Assembly: GCA_041489155.1 (NCBI GenBank)
Contig: JBGPQP010000011.1
Location: forward strand, 1-29,235
Source of the DNA: Candidatus Aenigmatarchaeota archaeon
GTDB taxonomy: Archaea; Aenigmatarchaeota; Aenigmatarchaeia; QMZP01; QMZT01
Reading direction: 5' to 3'
Length of the DNA: 29,235 nucleotides
Position numbers and translations under genes: made by a program. Under the pieces are notes generated by a model. The model searched no databases and was not told the DNA's origin. It saw nothing but the letters and a program-made list of their open reading frames with translations. This document shows, piece after piece, positions 17,547 through 26,532 of this stretch (positions are counted from its first letter, which is position 1; every line of letters begins with the position of its first letter).

Positions 17547-17756
17547 TTACTCTTTCGTCACTATCGTCGTCTCGCCCTTGCTGGCCATCTGCTCGACCCG
17601 CTTCCTGAGTAGTTTCTCTATCTCTCCGGAGATTGTCATCTCGTTTAGAACGCAGAACGCCTTGAACTTCAGAAACAGGTCCTTGTCGACTTCTATCGTT
17701 GTTGTAATAGTTTCCGGTTTTTCCTGTTTTTCTGTCCTCACTTCATCTGTTGGCAT
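17547..17756 (-). CDS. Small ribbon-helix-helix (ParG/CopG-like) DNA-binding protein
   Basis: TTTIEVDKDLFLKFKAFCVLNEMTISGEIEKLLRKRV fits beta-strand + helix + turn + S/T-capped helix; divergent from ftsZ. Confidence 0.7.
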   Translation of the reverse strand: MPTDEVRTEKQEKPETITTTIEVDKDLFLKFKAFCVLNEMTISGEIEKLLRKRVEQMASKGETTIVTKE

Positions 17757-17930
17757 GGTAAATTTATACTTTAATGCTTTTTAAAGTTTTCTGCGGGCTC
17801 TACAAATATTTTTAAATATGGACATATACAAATAGTTAAATATATGAGTTAAAGCAGATAAAGACCAACGGTCTAATATAATAAACAAGGATGATATAAA
17901 ATTTGGTTCTGTGGTTGTGGGGGTGCGAAT

Positions 17931-18965
17931 ATGTGTCCGGATGCATTGGAGGGATTTGATGCCTATCAGGCAAAGATTATGGTTTTTGGTTGCGGCGGAG
18001 GCGGCTGCAATACGATAACGCGTCTGACCGACATGAACATACAGGGCGCGGTGACAGTGGGGGTTAACACAGACGCGAAACATCTTTCCGTTACGAGGGC
18101 TCACAAGAAGCTTCTCATAGGGAAGGAGACGACCCGCGGCCTTGGCGCGGGAGGCTTCCCTGACGTGGGCAAGAAGGCAGCGGAGGAATCGAAAGACAAG
18201 ATAAAGGACATACTCAAGGGCTGCGACCTCCTCTTCATCACCTGCGGCCTCGGCGGCGGCACGGGAACAGGCGCTAGCCCTGCAATAGCCAAGATGGCGA
18301 AGGAGCTCGGAGCAATTGTGATATCCCCTGTCACGCTGCCATTCAAGATGGAAGGCGCGAGGATAAGGAAGGCGGAGGACGGGCTTCTCAATCTGAGAGA
18401 CGCATGCGACACCGTAATCGTCATCGAGAACCAGAAGCTGCTCGAGCTCGCGGGCAACAAGCCGCTGGGAGACGCTTTCGCAGTCGCTGACGGCCTTATA
18501 GCGACGATGATAAAGGGCGTGACTGAAACGATATCGCAGCCCTCGCTGGTCAACCTGGACTATGCGGACGTCAAGACGATAATGCACTCGGGAGGCGTAG
18601 CGACAATCGGCGTCGGCGTTTCGGACACGAAGAACCGCGCCAAAGAAGCGATAGATCAGGCACTCAATCACCCGCTACTCGACGTAGACTACGAGGGAGC
18701 GACTGGCGCGCTGATACAAATTATCGGCGGCGACGACCTTACGCTCGACGAGGTAAGCCTCATAGGCGAGACCGTCTCGAAGAAGATGAACCCGGAAGCG
18801 ACGGTCATGTGGGGAGCGAGGGTGATGCCCGAATTCAAGGGCAAGCTCCAGGTGATAACGATAATCACGGGCGTCAGCTCACCGTACATCCTTGGCAACA
18901 AGGCCGAGGAGACCAAGAAGGTCAACAAGGTCTTCACCAACGACCTCGGCATCAAGATGTACTGA
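17931..18965 (+). CDS. ftsZ: Cell division protein FtsZ
   Basis: GCGGGGCN, NTD, GLGAGG.P, GLGGGTGTG, PFKMEG, VNLDYADV, WGAR, ITIITG; GGGGTG SD-like motif upstream. Confidence 0.97.
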   Translation: MCPDALEGFDAYQAKIMVFGCGGGGCNTITRLTDMNIQGAVTVGVNTDAKHLSVTRAHKKLLIGKETTRGLGAGGFPDVGKKAAEESKDKIKDILKGCDLLFITCGLGGGTGTGASPAIAKMAKELGAIVISPVTLPFKMEGARIRKAEDGLLNLRDACDTVIVIENQKLLELAGNKPLGDAFAVADGLIATMIKGVTETISQPSLVNLDYADVKTIMHSGGVATIGVGVSDTKNRAKEAIDQALNHPLLDVDYEGATGALIQIIGGDDLTLDEVSLIGETVSKKMNPEATVMWGARVMPEFKGKLQVITIITGVSSPYILGNKAEETKKVNKVFTNDLGIKMY

Positions 18966-19062
18966 TGGCTTGAAGCACCAGCCACCAGGACTTTTCTTTT
19001 TATTTTTCCAAATCAAACTATTTCTAAGTATAATTTTTGCGGTTGCGGGGGTTGGTGGTTGC

Positions 19063-20544
19063 ATGGTCAAGGCTTATCTTAATTATATCAACGGCAGATG
19101 GATGAAATCTTCTTCGGGTAAAACTTTCAGGAAAATAAATCCCGCGACCGGCGAGACGCTTTTCACATGCCAGGCAGGCAACGAGAGTGACGTGGACCTC
19201 GCGGTGACGGCTGCTAAAAACGCGTTCCGCAAATGGAAGTTTGTTCCAGCCCCGAAGAAAGGCGAAATCCTTTTCAGGGCAGCGCGCATAATGGAAGCAC
19301 GAAAGGAAGAACTGGCGCATCTTCTTACGAAGGAGAACGGGAAGAATCTCGAGGAAGCTAGAGGCGAAGTGCAGGAAGCGATTGACATAACCCAGTACGT
19401 CGCGGGCGAGGGCAGACGCCTTCTTGGCGAAACGACGACCTCCGAGCTCGCCGACAAGTTCGCGATGTTCATACGCGAGCCGATCGGCGTCGTGGGAGTG
19501 ATCACGCCGTGGAACTTCCCGCTTGCGATACCTGCATGGAAAATACCCGCCGTGCTGGTCTGCGGCAACACGCTTGTCTTCAAGCCGTCCAGCGACGCGC
19601 CTGCGTGCGGCATAGAACTGGTAAAAATCCTCGAGGAGGCGGGCGTCCCTCCCGGCGTATTGAACATGGTGACAGGTTCCGGCTCTTCTGCAGGCGATGC
19701 GATAGCGAAGCATAAGGGGATACGCCACCTCTCGTTCACCGGCTCCGCCGACGTCGGAACGCACATTTACGTCGAGGGAGCGAAGAAGCTGAACTCCGTC
19801 GAGCTTGAAATGGGCGGCAAGAACCCGCAAATCGTTCTCGCAGACGCGGATCTCGAGCTCGCCGTCGATGGCGCGCTGTGGGGCGCGTTCGGAACGGCGG
19901 GGCAGAGATGCACGGCAACGTCGAGAATCATACTTGAAAAGCCCATCGCAAAACAATTCACCGCGAAATTCCTGAAAAGGGTGAAAAAATTAAGGCTTGG
20001 CAACGGCCTTAAAGGAGCGCAGGTCGGGCCGATAATAAACTCAGGGCAGATGGCCAAAATCCTGGGCTACATAGCGACCGGCAAGAAGGAGGGAGCAAAA
20101 CTCCTTACCGGAGGCTACCGCCTGGGCGGCGCCGAACACAAAAAAGGCTTCTTTGTCGCTCCGACTGTATTCGCGCATGTCACGCCGGACATGACCATCG
20201 CTCAGGAGGAGATTTTCGGTCCTGTCGTGTGCCTTATCGAGGCGAAAGATTTCGATGACGCGGTTAAAATCGCGAACTCCGTCAATTATGGCCTGTCATG
20301 GTCGATTTTCACCAGAGACATAAACAAGGCGATGAAGGCGATGAGATCCGCTGAAGCTGGCATTGTCTACATAAATGCGCCGACCATCGGCGCTGAGGTC
20401 CATCTGCCCTTCGGAGGGGTGAAGAGAACGGGCAACGGCGGCCGCGAGGCAGGGACCGAGGCGATAAAGGAGTTCACGCAGATAAAGACCGTTTTCATAG
20501 ACTATTCCGGCCGCCTCCAGAGGGCGCAAATAGATATAGACTAG
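19063..20544 (+). CDS. Aldehyde dehydrogenase family protein
   Basis: ITPWNFP, FKPSS, SFTGS, LEMGGKN, AGQRCTA, EEIFGPV, YGLS, PFGGVK. ATG 19063 follows a GGTGG SD-like motif. Confidence 0.95.
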   Translation: MVKAYLNYINGRWMKSSSGKTFRKINPATGETLFTCQAGNESDVDLAVTAAKNAFRKWKFVPAPKKGEILFRAARIMEARKEELAHLLTKENGKNLEEARGEVQEAIDITQYVAGEGRRLLGETTTSELADKFAMFIREPIGVVGVITPWNFPLAIPAWKIPAVLVCGNTLVFKPSSDAPACGIELVKILEEAGVPPGVLNMVTGSGSSAGDAIAKHKGIRHLSFTGSADVGTHIYVEGAKKLNSVELEMGGKNPQIVLADADLELAVDGALWGAFGTAGQRCTATSRIILEKPIAKQFTAKFLKRVKKLRLGNGLKGAQVGPIINSGQMAKILGYIATGKKEGAKLLTGGYRLGGAEHKKGFFVAPTVFAHVTPDMTIAQEEIFGPVVCLIEAKDFDDAVKIANSVNYGLSWSIFTRDINKAMKAMRSAEAGIVYINAPTIGAEVHLPFGGVKRTGNGGREAGTEAIKEFTQIKTVFIDYSGRLQRAQIDID

Positions 20545-20574
20545 TTAATGCAATATTATTATATCAGGTGCAGC

Positions 20575-20826
20575 ATGGCGGATGCAGGCAGCATGAAGTT
20601 CTGGATCCCTCTGGTGACGTGGCTAATCGCAGTAATAATATTGACAGTAATCGTCTACTCCTTCTATACGCCGTCACCCACAATAACAGTGACATACGTT
20701 GTCATCCTTTTCGCGGGCTTCTACATAATGTGGAGAGGCAAGGAGCTGCACAGGAAAATCCAGAAGCGCATTGAAAGAAAGCTCGAATCACAGAAGGCGA
20801 AAAAGGCAAAGAAGGCAAAGAAATGA
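20575..20826 (+). CDS. Small 2-TM membrane protein with basic C-terminal tail
   Basis: Two hydrophobic helices then KAKKAKKAKK; AGGTG before ATG 20575; ATGA overlap with the next gene. Confidence 0.7.
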   Translation: MADAGSMKFWIPLVTWLIAVIILTVIVYSFYTPSPTITVTYVVILFAGFYIMWRGKELHRKIQKRIERKLESQKAKKAKKAKK

Positions 20827-21206
20827 AGAAGCTGGTTCTCTGCTGCGGCAGCGAAAGCAAAGGCGACAGCCTGGCTTTCGGGATATGCGACGCGCTGAAG
20901 GAAAAAATGAAGCGCTTCGACTTCGCGAAATGCAGCGACGTTTTCGAGATGACGGAACATCTGCAGAGCAGGGAGACGATAATCGTAGACGTGGTCAAGG
21001 GCCTGAAAAAAACGAGGCTTTTCAGGGGAGCGGGAGAGTTCGCCAAGACCAAGACAGTCACTGTCCACGAGCTCGACATATGCTCCCTGCTGAAGATGCT
21101 CGAGGCCTCGGAAAAAAAACAATTTGCGATAATCGGCGTGCCTTTCGGCCTTGAAAAAACAAAGGCAGCAAAAGCAGTGGAGCAGATTCTTACTTCTTTA
21201 TCTTGA
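20823..21206 (+). CDS. Hydrogenase maturation protease (HybD/HycI-like), short and divergent
   Basis: LVLCCGSESKGD, IIVDVV, TVHELD, IIGVP; adjacent to a [NiFe] large subunit carrying a cleavable C-terminal tail. Confidence 0.75.
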   Translation: MKKLVLCCGSESKGDSLAFGICDALKEKMKRFDFAKCSDVFEMTEHLQSRETIIVDVVKGLKKTRLFRGAGEFAKTKTVTVHELDICSLLKMLEASEKKQFAIIGVPFGLEKTKAAKAVEQILTSLS

Positions 21207-22476
21207 GCTCGAGGAAATGCGCGGAGCACGAGAAGCACGGGTCATACGCCCGTATCAACATCTCCAGGAGAAGTTTCACTTTCGCAGCGGGCTTTTTTGA
21301 AATCGATGGCAGGAAGAGCGCTATATCGTCCTCCATCCTTGCCGCGTTCTGTGAAGTGGGCGTTATCACGTTTGCGAATTTCACCCTGCCGTCCCCGCCG
21401 ATCTTGTAATGATGGAAGAGCAGGCCGCGCGGAGCCTCGCAGACGCCGACGCCTTCGCCTTCTTTCGGCCTCGCCTCGAAGTGCTCGTGCTTCATGCCTT
21501 GCCCGTGTTTTTCCAGCAGCGCCAGCGATGCGTCGGCAAAGTGCACCATCTCTATCGCTTGTGCGATGTTGTTGGCGAATGGATTTATGATAGGCGGCCT
21601 CAGGCGCGCGTTTCTGAGCACGCTTCTCGCATCCCTGGAAAGCCTTTCCCAACTGGCATTGACTCTGGGTAGCGAGCCGGTCATGTAGCTCCTGCCGCGC
21701 AGTTTGGCATGCTTGGCGTTGGAATACTCGACCACGTCCTCCAGCAGGTTCTTCATGTAGTCGCGTGGCCTGAATAGCAGGCCGTCGTTGGATGCTATTA
21801 TGCCGTCATAAAGGGCATATTCCTTGTTGCTCTTGAGGCTAATGTGTCTGCATCTGGCCTCCAGTTCCGGCAGCTCTATGCCCGAGAAAATTTTCGCAAC
21901 TTTCAGCGAGAGCTTCTTTATGCTCTCGAGATTCTTCCTCACGTTTTCGATTGTCTTTTTGTCAGGCACCGAGTGGAAGCCGCCCACCGTGGGAGTGACT
22001 GGATGAAGAGCTCGGCCTCCCAGAAGCTTGACTATATCGCTCGCCAGCTTCTGCAGGTCGAGCGCCAGATGAATATACTCGTGTTTCTTCTTGGAAAGCT
22101 CTATCACGTCTTCGAAGCCGAGGTAATCGGGCAGCGCGAAGAAGAACAGATGCGCCGTATGGCTGTGTATGGTGCTGGCGTAGAGCAGCAGCTTGCGCAA
22201 ATCTATGGTCTGCTCGGTGGGAGCGAAGCCTATCGCGTCCTCCACCGCCTTTATCGACGTAAGCGTATGCACGACGGAGCAGATGCCGCATATCTTCTGG
22301 GTTATTATGGGCGCTTCGCGGAAATCCCTGCCCAGCAGCAGGGTCTCGAAATACCTCGAGGCCTCATAAACCTCGAGATGCGTTTTCTTTACCCTGTCGC
22401 CGTCCATCTCTACATTCAGCTTCGCATGACCTTCCAGTTTCGTCAGCTCGTCAAGCGTGAAGCCCCTATGGCTCAT
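21190..22476 (-). CDS. Group 3b-type [NiFe]-hydrogenase large (alpha) subunit
   Basis: TKLEGH, KICGICSVVH (L1), EAPRGLLFHHY, ITPTSQN, RAYDPCFSCSAH (L2) plus an 8-aa tail; ATG 22476 overlaps the delta-subunit stop (ATGA). Confidence 0.93.
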   Translation of the reverse strand: MSHRGFTLDELTKLEGHAKLNVEMDGDRVKKTHLEVYEASRYFETLLLGRDFREAPIITQKICGICSVVHTLTSIKAVEDAIGFAPTEQTIDLRKLLLYASTIHSHTAHLFFFALPDYLGFEDVIELSKKKHEYIHLALDLQKLASDIVKLLGGRALHPVTPTVGGFHSVPDKKTIENVRKNLESIKKLSLKVAKIFSGIELPELEARCRHISLKSNKEYALYDGIIASNDGLLFRPRDYMKNLLEDVVEYSNAKHAKLRGRSYMTGSLPRVNASWERLSRDARSVLRNARLRPPIINPFANNIAQAIEMVHFADASLALLEKHGQGMKHEHFEARPKEGEGVGVCEAPRGLLFHHYKIGGDGRVKFANVITPTSQNAARMEDDIALFLPSISKKPAAKVKLLLEMLIRAYDPCFSCSAHFLELKIKK

Positions 22477-23261
22477 TTGTCCACTTCCTTCTGTGCTTCC
22501 TTCGCCTTTTCCGCAGGCGAGGCGTATCTGGTGAAAGCGAATTTGATCTGCTCCCTGCTTATGCCATGCTCCTTCAGGAGATCGACCTCCGCGCCCAGAT
22601 TGCCGTCGGGCAGCGGGCCGCGGCAGCCGTCGCAGGCAGTCCTGCTTGCAGGGCACGGGGCGTTGCAGCCTGCGTAGGTGACGGGACCGAAACAGGCGAT
22701 GCCTTCCTTGAAGAGGCATTTTATCCCGCGCTTCTTGCACTCGACGCAGACGCAGTAGTCCTTCTCGCGCGGCGTTTTGCCGTTGAGCAGGTCAGCTATG
22801 ACGTCGAAGGCCTCGTCCTCGTTTACCGGGCAGCCGCGCATGTAATAGTCGACTTTTACATGCTTGTCTATCGGCTCGACTTCGCTTCTTGAAGGGAACT
22901 TGGTTTCTTTCGGATGGACGGCTTTCCTGTAATCAGATGCGAAGTTTCTCAGCGCAGGGACGCCGCCCCAGCAGGCGCACGTGCCGTAAGCGATAAGGAA
23001 CTGCGTCTTCTCCCTGACGTTCTTCAGCTCCCTTAGTTCGCGTTCAGTCGAAACAGCGCCGTCCATGAACACGACGTCATAACGCCCCTTCCTGTCGTTG
23101 AACTCCTTCAGCATCCAGAAGTTCGCTATTTCGACGTTCTCGAAAACATCGACGAGTTTTCCGCCCAGCAAAAGGAACTGGAAAAAGCAGCCTTTGCACG
23201 AGGTCATGCCTATGAAGGCGACTCTCGCTTTCTTTGCTTTTTTCTTAATGTTCTTTGCCAT
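22473..23261 (-). CDS. Group 3b-type [NiFe]-hydrogenase small (delta) subunit
   Basis: TSCKGC, DGAVST, GTCACWGG, RGCP, VCVEC..C..CFGPVT..GC.APCP..CDGCRG; GGTGA SD-like motif before ATG 23261. Confidence 0.92.
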   Translation of the reverse strand: MAKNIKKKAKKARVAFIGMTSCKGCFFQFLLLGGKLVDVFENVEIANFWMLKEFNDRKGRYDVVFMDGAVSTERELRELKNVREKTQFLIAYGTCACWGGVPALRNFASDYRKAVHPKETKFPSRSEVEPIDKHVKVDYYMRGCPVNEDEAFDVIADLLNGKTPREKDYCVCVECKKRGIKCLFKEGIACFGPVTYAGCNAPCPASRTACDGCRGPLPDGNLGAEVDLLKEHGISREQIKFAFTRYASPAEKAKEAQKEVDK

Positions 23262-23266
23262 GTTTA

Positions 23267-24097
23267 TCACCATATCTTCTCCGTCAGCTCGTCGAGTTCG
23301 TCCTTCCTGAAGACAGGTCCGTCAACGCAGACGTATTTGCTCCCTATGTTGCAGTGGCCGCACTTGCCGATTCCGCACTGCATCATGCGCTCGAGCGAGA
23401 AGTAAATCTTGCCGTCTGCTATGCCGATCTTTTTGAACTCCTCGTAAACGTCCCTGAGCATGTTGGTCGGCCCGCAGCATATCGCCACATCTGCCTTGAC
23501 CTTGTATTTCCCGAAGAGCGGCTCCACGTATCCTATATCGCCCTTCCAGGATTTGCCATAGGTATTGGAAACCGTGACAATTGATTCGATCCCGTTCTTG
23601 TGCCATCTTTTCATCCTTTCCTTGAATATCACGTTTGCCGGGCAGTGCGTGCCGTAGAGCAGCCAGACCTTGCCGTAGTCTTCCCGGTTCTTTATTATAT
23701 ATTCAATGACTGCGCCGAGCGGCGCTATCCCCACGCCTCCTGCTATTATGATCAGGTCCTTGCCTTTGAAGCTGTCCATCGGGTACCAGTTGCCGTAGGG
23801 CCCGCGTATTCCTATAGCATCGCCCTTCTTCAGCCTGAACAGCGCTTCGGTCACGCAGCCCGTTCTCTTGACGCTTATTTCGAAGAAGTTCTTTTCGTAG
23901 GGCGACGAGGAGATTGAAATCGGCACCTCGCCGACGCCTAAAACCATGACCTGCAAAAACTGCCCGGGCATGAAGTCCATCTTTGTCTTCCTGTCCCTGA
24001 ACCTCAGCCTGAAGGTGTAGATGTCTTTGCATTCCTTTTTCACGGCGGTTATGACCGCCACCCTGGGCAGGTACTGGTTACCTTTTTCTGTAATCAT
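23267..24097 (-). CDS. Hydrogenase gamma subunit (FAD/NAD(P)-binding, 2Fe-2S)
   Basis: PGQF, GEVPISIS, RGPYGN, AGGVGIAP, CGP, SLERMMQCGIGKCGHC..VCVDGPVF. Confidence 0.93.
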   Translation of the reverse strand: MITEKGNQYLPRVAVITAVKKECKDIYTFRLRFRDRKTKMDFMPGQFLQVMVLGVGEVPISISSSPYEKNFFEISVKRTGCVTEALFRLKKGDAIGIRGPYGNWYPMDSFKGKDLIIIAGGVGIAPLGAVIEYIIKNREDYGKVWLLYGTHCPANVIFKERMKRWHKNGIESIVTVSNTYGKSWKGDIGYVEPLFGKYKVKADVAICCGPTNMLRDVYEEFKKIGIADGKIYFSLERMMQCGIGKCGHCNIGSKYVCVDGPVFRKDELDELTEKIW

Positions 24098-25091
24098 ATT
24101 CGTCCCTCGCCTTCTTCGCTTCCTCGGTTATGTCTATGTGCGTCATGCACTCCTTGATGCACCGCCCGCAGCCGACGCAGTGGAATTTGTCCTGATTCTG
24201 CTTGCCGTAGAGCAGCTTGTGGTAGAAGAACTGTTTCACCCGCTCGGTCCGCGAATCGCGCGTGCAAGCCCCGCCGGCGACCATGGTGAAAGGCTTCAGC
24301 ATGCAGTAGTTCTGCGTTCTCACTATCTTCCCACCGCTCCTGTCCATGGAGCCCTGGTGGGAGATGTCGAAGCAGTAGCAGGTCGGGCAGACGCTCGTGC
24401 ATGAGCCGCATGAGAGGCAGCGCTTCGCCGTTTCCTCCCAGAATTTGTTGCCAAACGAAGTCGTCATTGCCGCCTCAAGGTTTTCGGTTCTGATATTTTT
24501 CCTGAACTCGAGCTTCGCTCTTTTCACCCTCTGCCCAGTTTTCCTGAACAGTTTTGATCGGGCAATTATCGCCCTGCCTTTCTCGCTTCCTGCCTCGACG
24601 TGGAATTCCCCTCCGTGGTCAGTGAAGAGCAGATCGAAGCCCGTCGCTTCGCACGTATCCATCGATTCGCAAAAGCAGTTTTCATCTGCCTTGCTGCAGT
24701 TAAGCGCGAAAATCAGCGTATTATCCCGTCTCTTCTTGTAATAGGCGTCTGTGTGCCATGAGAGCAGGACCTTGTCGAGAACGTCAAGGCCGTGCGTGTC
24801 GCATGGCCTGACGCCAAAGATTATGCTTTTGTCTCTTGCTCTCTTCTCGCTTATTTTGCCGCCTTTCTGGTATTCCATGAGCACCTCGGCCTCGCGGATG
24901 AAGAACTTCTTGGGCGGGAATTCGGTGTTGAGATAGCCATGGAGGTCGATTTCCTTCGCTGTCTTTATCTCCGCGAAATTGTGCTCGCCGTTCGCCTGCA
25001 CAGGAGCAAAAATCTTGAATTGTTTGAGCAGCGCATCGATGAACCCAGGAAAATCCTGTTTTTTTATAAGGTAGAATCCAGCTTCAGCCAT
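24078..25091 (-). CDS. Hydrogenase beta subunit (4Fe-4S ferredoxin-like)
   Basis: PPKKFF, GVRPCD, C..ADENCFC, CLSCGSCTSVCPTCYCF, CVGCGRCIKEC. Confidence 0.92.
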   Translation of the reverse strand: MAEAGFYLIKKQDFPGFIDALLKQFKIFAPVQANGEHNFAEIKTAKEIDLHGYLNTEFPPKKFFIREAEVLMEYQKGGKISEKRARDKSIIFGVRPCDTHGLDVLDKVLLSWHTDAYYKKRRDNTLIFALNCSKADENCFCESMDTCEATGFDLLFTDHGGEFHVEAGSEKGRAIIARSKLFRKTGQRVKRAKLEFRKNIRTENLEAAMTTSFGNKFWEETAKRCLSCGSCTSVCPTCYCFDISHQGSMDRSGGKIVRTQNYCMLKPFTMVAGGACTRDSRTERVKQFFYHKLLYGKQNQDKFHCVGCGRCIKECMTHIDITEEAKKARDEYDYRKR

Positions 25092-25164
25092 CCCGCTCCC
25101 CAAATCCCCTAATAATAAGATTTGTAATTCGTTTTATTTAAGCTATCGCGGTCAATTAAAAATC

Positions 25165-26292
25165 ATGCATTTCAGAATCGAAGACAGACTCCAGTGGGGC
25201 GAGGATGCTACCTTCATCCCGAACAAGTTCTTTCCTGTCTACAACTGGTTCTACTACAAGGAAGGTTACTCCCGCAGTCTCGTTCTCAACACGCTTGATA
25301 TGTTCAACAGCCCGGCATCCAAAGGCTTCGTGCTTGACCCCTTCTGCGGCGTGGGGACGACTAACCTCGCGTGCCGCGAGCGCGGCATAAACTCCGTCGG
25401 CTTCGACGTCTCGCCGCTCGCGCTTTTCTCTGCAAAAGTAAAGTGCAGGAGCTACGATGCCGGCAGGCTGAAAAGAGCCTTCTCCGTTTTCAGACAGGCG
25501 CGTTTCGAAATGCCGGACAAGGCATGGGTATCAGGCGATGTGAAACGCTTCTTCAACCCGCACACACTCGATGACGTGCTTTTTTTTGCCAAGGAAGTGG
25601 AAAAAATAGACGACGCCGAAACAAGAGACTTCTTCCGCCTCGGCCTTATCACCACGGCGACGCGCTGCTCTTACATGTACAAGGACGGCAGCATGCTGAA
25701 GCGAGTGAAACATCCCGTCCCGCCTTTCAGGAAGGTCTATTTCGCCCGCCTCAAAAGGATGATACACGACCTCGACAAAATCAGGGTGAAGAAATGCAGC
25801 ACCATAATTTCTCACGGCGACGCGAGAAGGCTGAAACTGGAAGATGAAGCGATAGACTGCGTCATAACCTCGCCCCCATACCTGAACAAGATAGAGTACA
25901 CGAAAATCTACAGAGTCGAGGAAGCCCTTTTCTTCCGCTACTTTAGCGAAAGCGGCGGCGAAGGGATTCGCTCGTATATCGGGCACGATGCGGCGTCTGA
26001 AATCATTTTTCCCGACCTGCCAGTATCGTCGAACGCATATTTCTCCGACATGAACCGCATGATGAAAGAGCTTTACCGCGTCTGCAAGCCCGGAGCGAAA
26101 CTGGCGATAGTCGTGGGCAACGGCTGCTTCCCGGACCGCGTCGTGGAAAGCGATTCGCTCCTCGCCCAGCTCGCGAAAGACGCTGGTTTCGAAGTCAAAA
26201 ACATCTTCGTCCTCAACAAGCGCTGGTGCATGCGCAATCGCGTTGAAAAGGTCGGACCGCTGAGAGAGAGTATGATAGTTCTAGAAAAATAA
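25165..26292 (+). CDS. DNA amino-methyltransferase, probably N4-cytosine (SPPY), orphan
   Basis: YNWFYYKEGYS, VLDPFCGVGTT (motif I) before VITSPPY (motif IV), RVCKPG, VVGN. Confidence 0.85.
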   Translation: MHFRIEDRLQWGEDATFIPNKFFPVYNWFYYKEGYSRSLVLNTLDMFNSPASKGFVLDPFCGVGTTNLACRERGINSVGFDVSPLALFSAKVKCRSYDAGRLKRAFSVFRQARFEMPDKAWVSGDVKRFFNPHTLDDVLFFAKEVEKIDDAETRDFFRLGLITTATRCSYMYKDGSMLKRVKHPVPPFRKVYFARLKRMIHDLDKIRVKKCSTIISHGDARRLKLEDEAIDCVITSPPYLNKIEYTKIYRVEEALFFRYFSESGGEGIRSYIGHDAASEIIFPDLPVSSNAYFSDMNRMMKELYRVCKPGAKLAIVVGNGCFPDRVVESDSLLAQLAKDAGFEVKNIFVLNKRWCMRNRVEKVGPLRESMIVLEK

Positions 26293-26379
26293 AGTCTGCC
26301 GTGCAACTGCTCTCATTTATCGCAGGCATCAGGGTGAGCTGCTCCTCTTGTTGGTGGAATAAGTAAAATAAATTATTTG

Positions 26380-26532
26380 TTATTTTGTACTATCCTTTAC
26401 TATGATTCCTACCTTTTTGTGGCAAAGTTCGTGCTCTTTATCATTCTTATCGTCATAATCCTTATGCTTTCTATGCCACTCTTGATGCTCCTTTTGCGTA
26501 ATAACCATTTTTTTCTTAAGTTTTTTGTTCAT
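26380..26532 (-). CDS. Small His-rich protein (50 aa; not in ORF track)
   Basis: Translated by hand: MNKKLKKKMVITQKEHQEWHRKHKDYDDKNDKEHELCHKKVGIIVKDSTK; TTTAAA at 26554-26559 upstream; alternative start at 26508. Confidence 0.6.
   Translation of the reverse strand: MNKKLKKKMVITQKEHQEWHRKHKDYDDKNDKEHELCHKKVGIIVKDSTK

Noticed and set aside
18892..19062. N-terminal extension of the aldehyde dehydrogenase ORF
   Set aside because: It overlaps ftsZ and a T-rich terminator-like tract; ATG 19063 has an SD-like motif and matches the family start.
19063..20544. Calling the ALDH a non-phosphorylating GAPN
   Set aside because: Only general ALDH motifs are recognisable; the substrate cannot be assigned from what is visible.
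21190..22476. Selenocysteine ([NiFeSe]) recoding in the hydrogenase
   Set aside because: All four ligand positions are ordinary Cys codons; there is no in-frame TGA.
22477..22740. N-terminal extension of the hydrogenase large subunit (516-aa ORF)
   Set aside because: It overlaps the delta subunit in another frame; the conserved sequence starts at ATG 22476 with an ATGA overlap.
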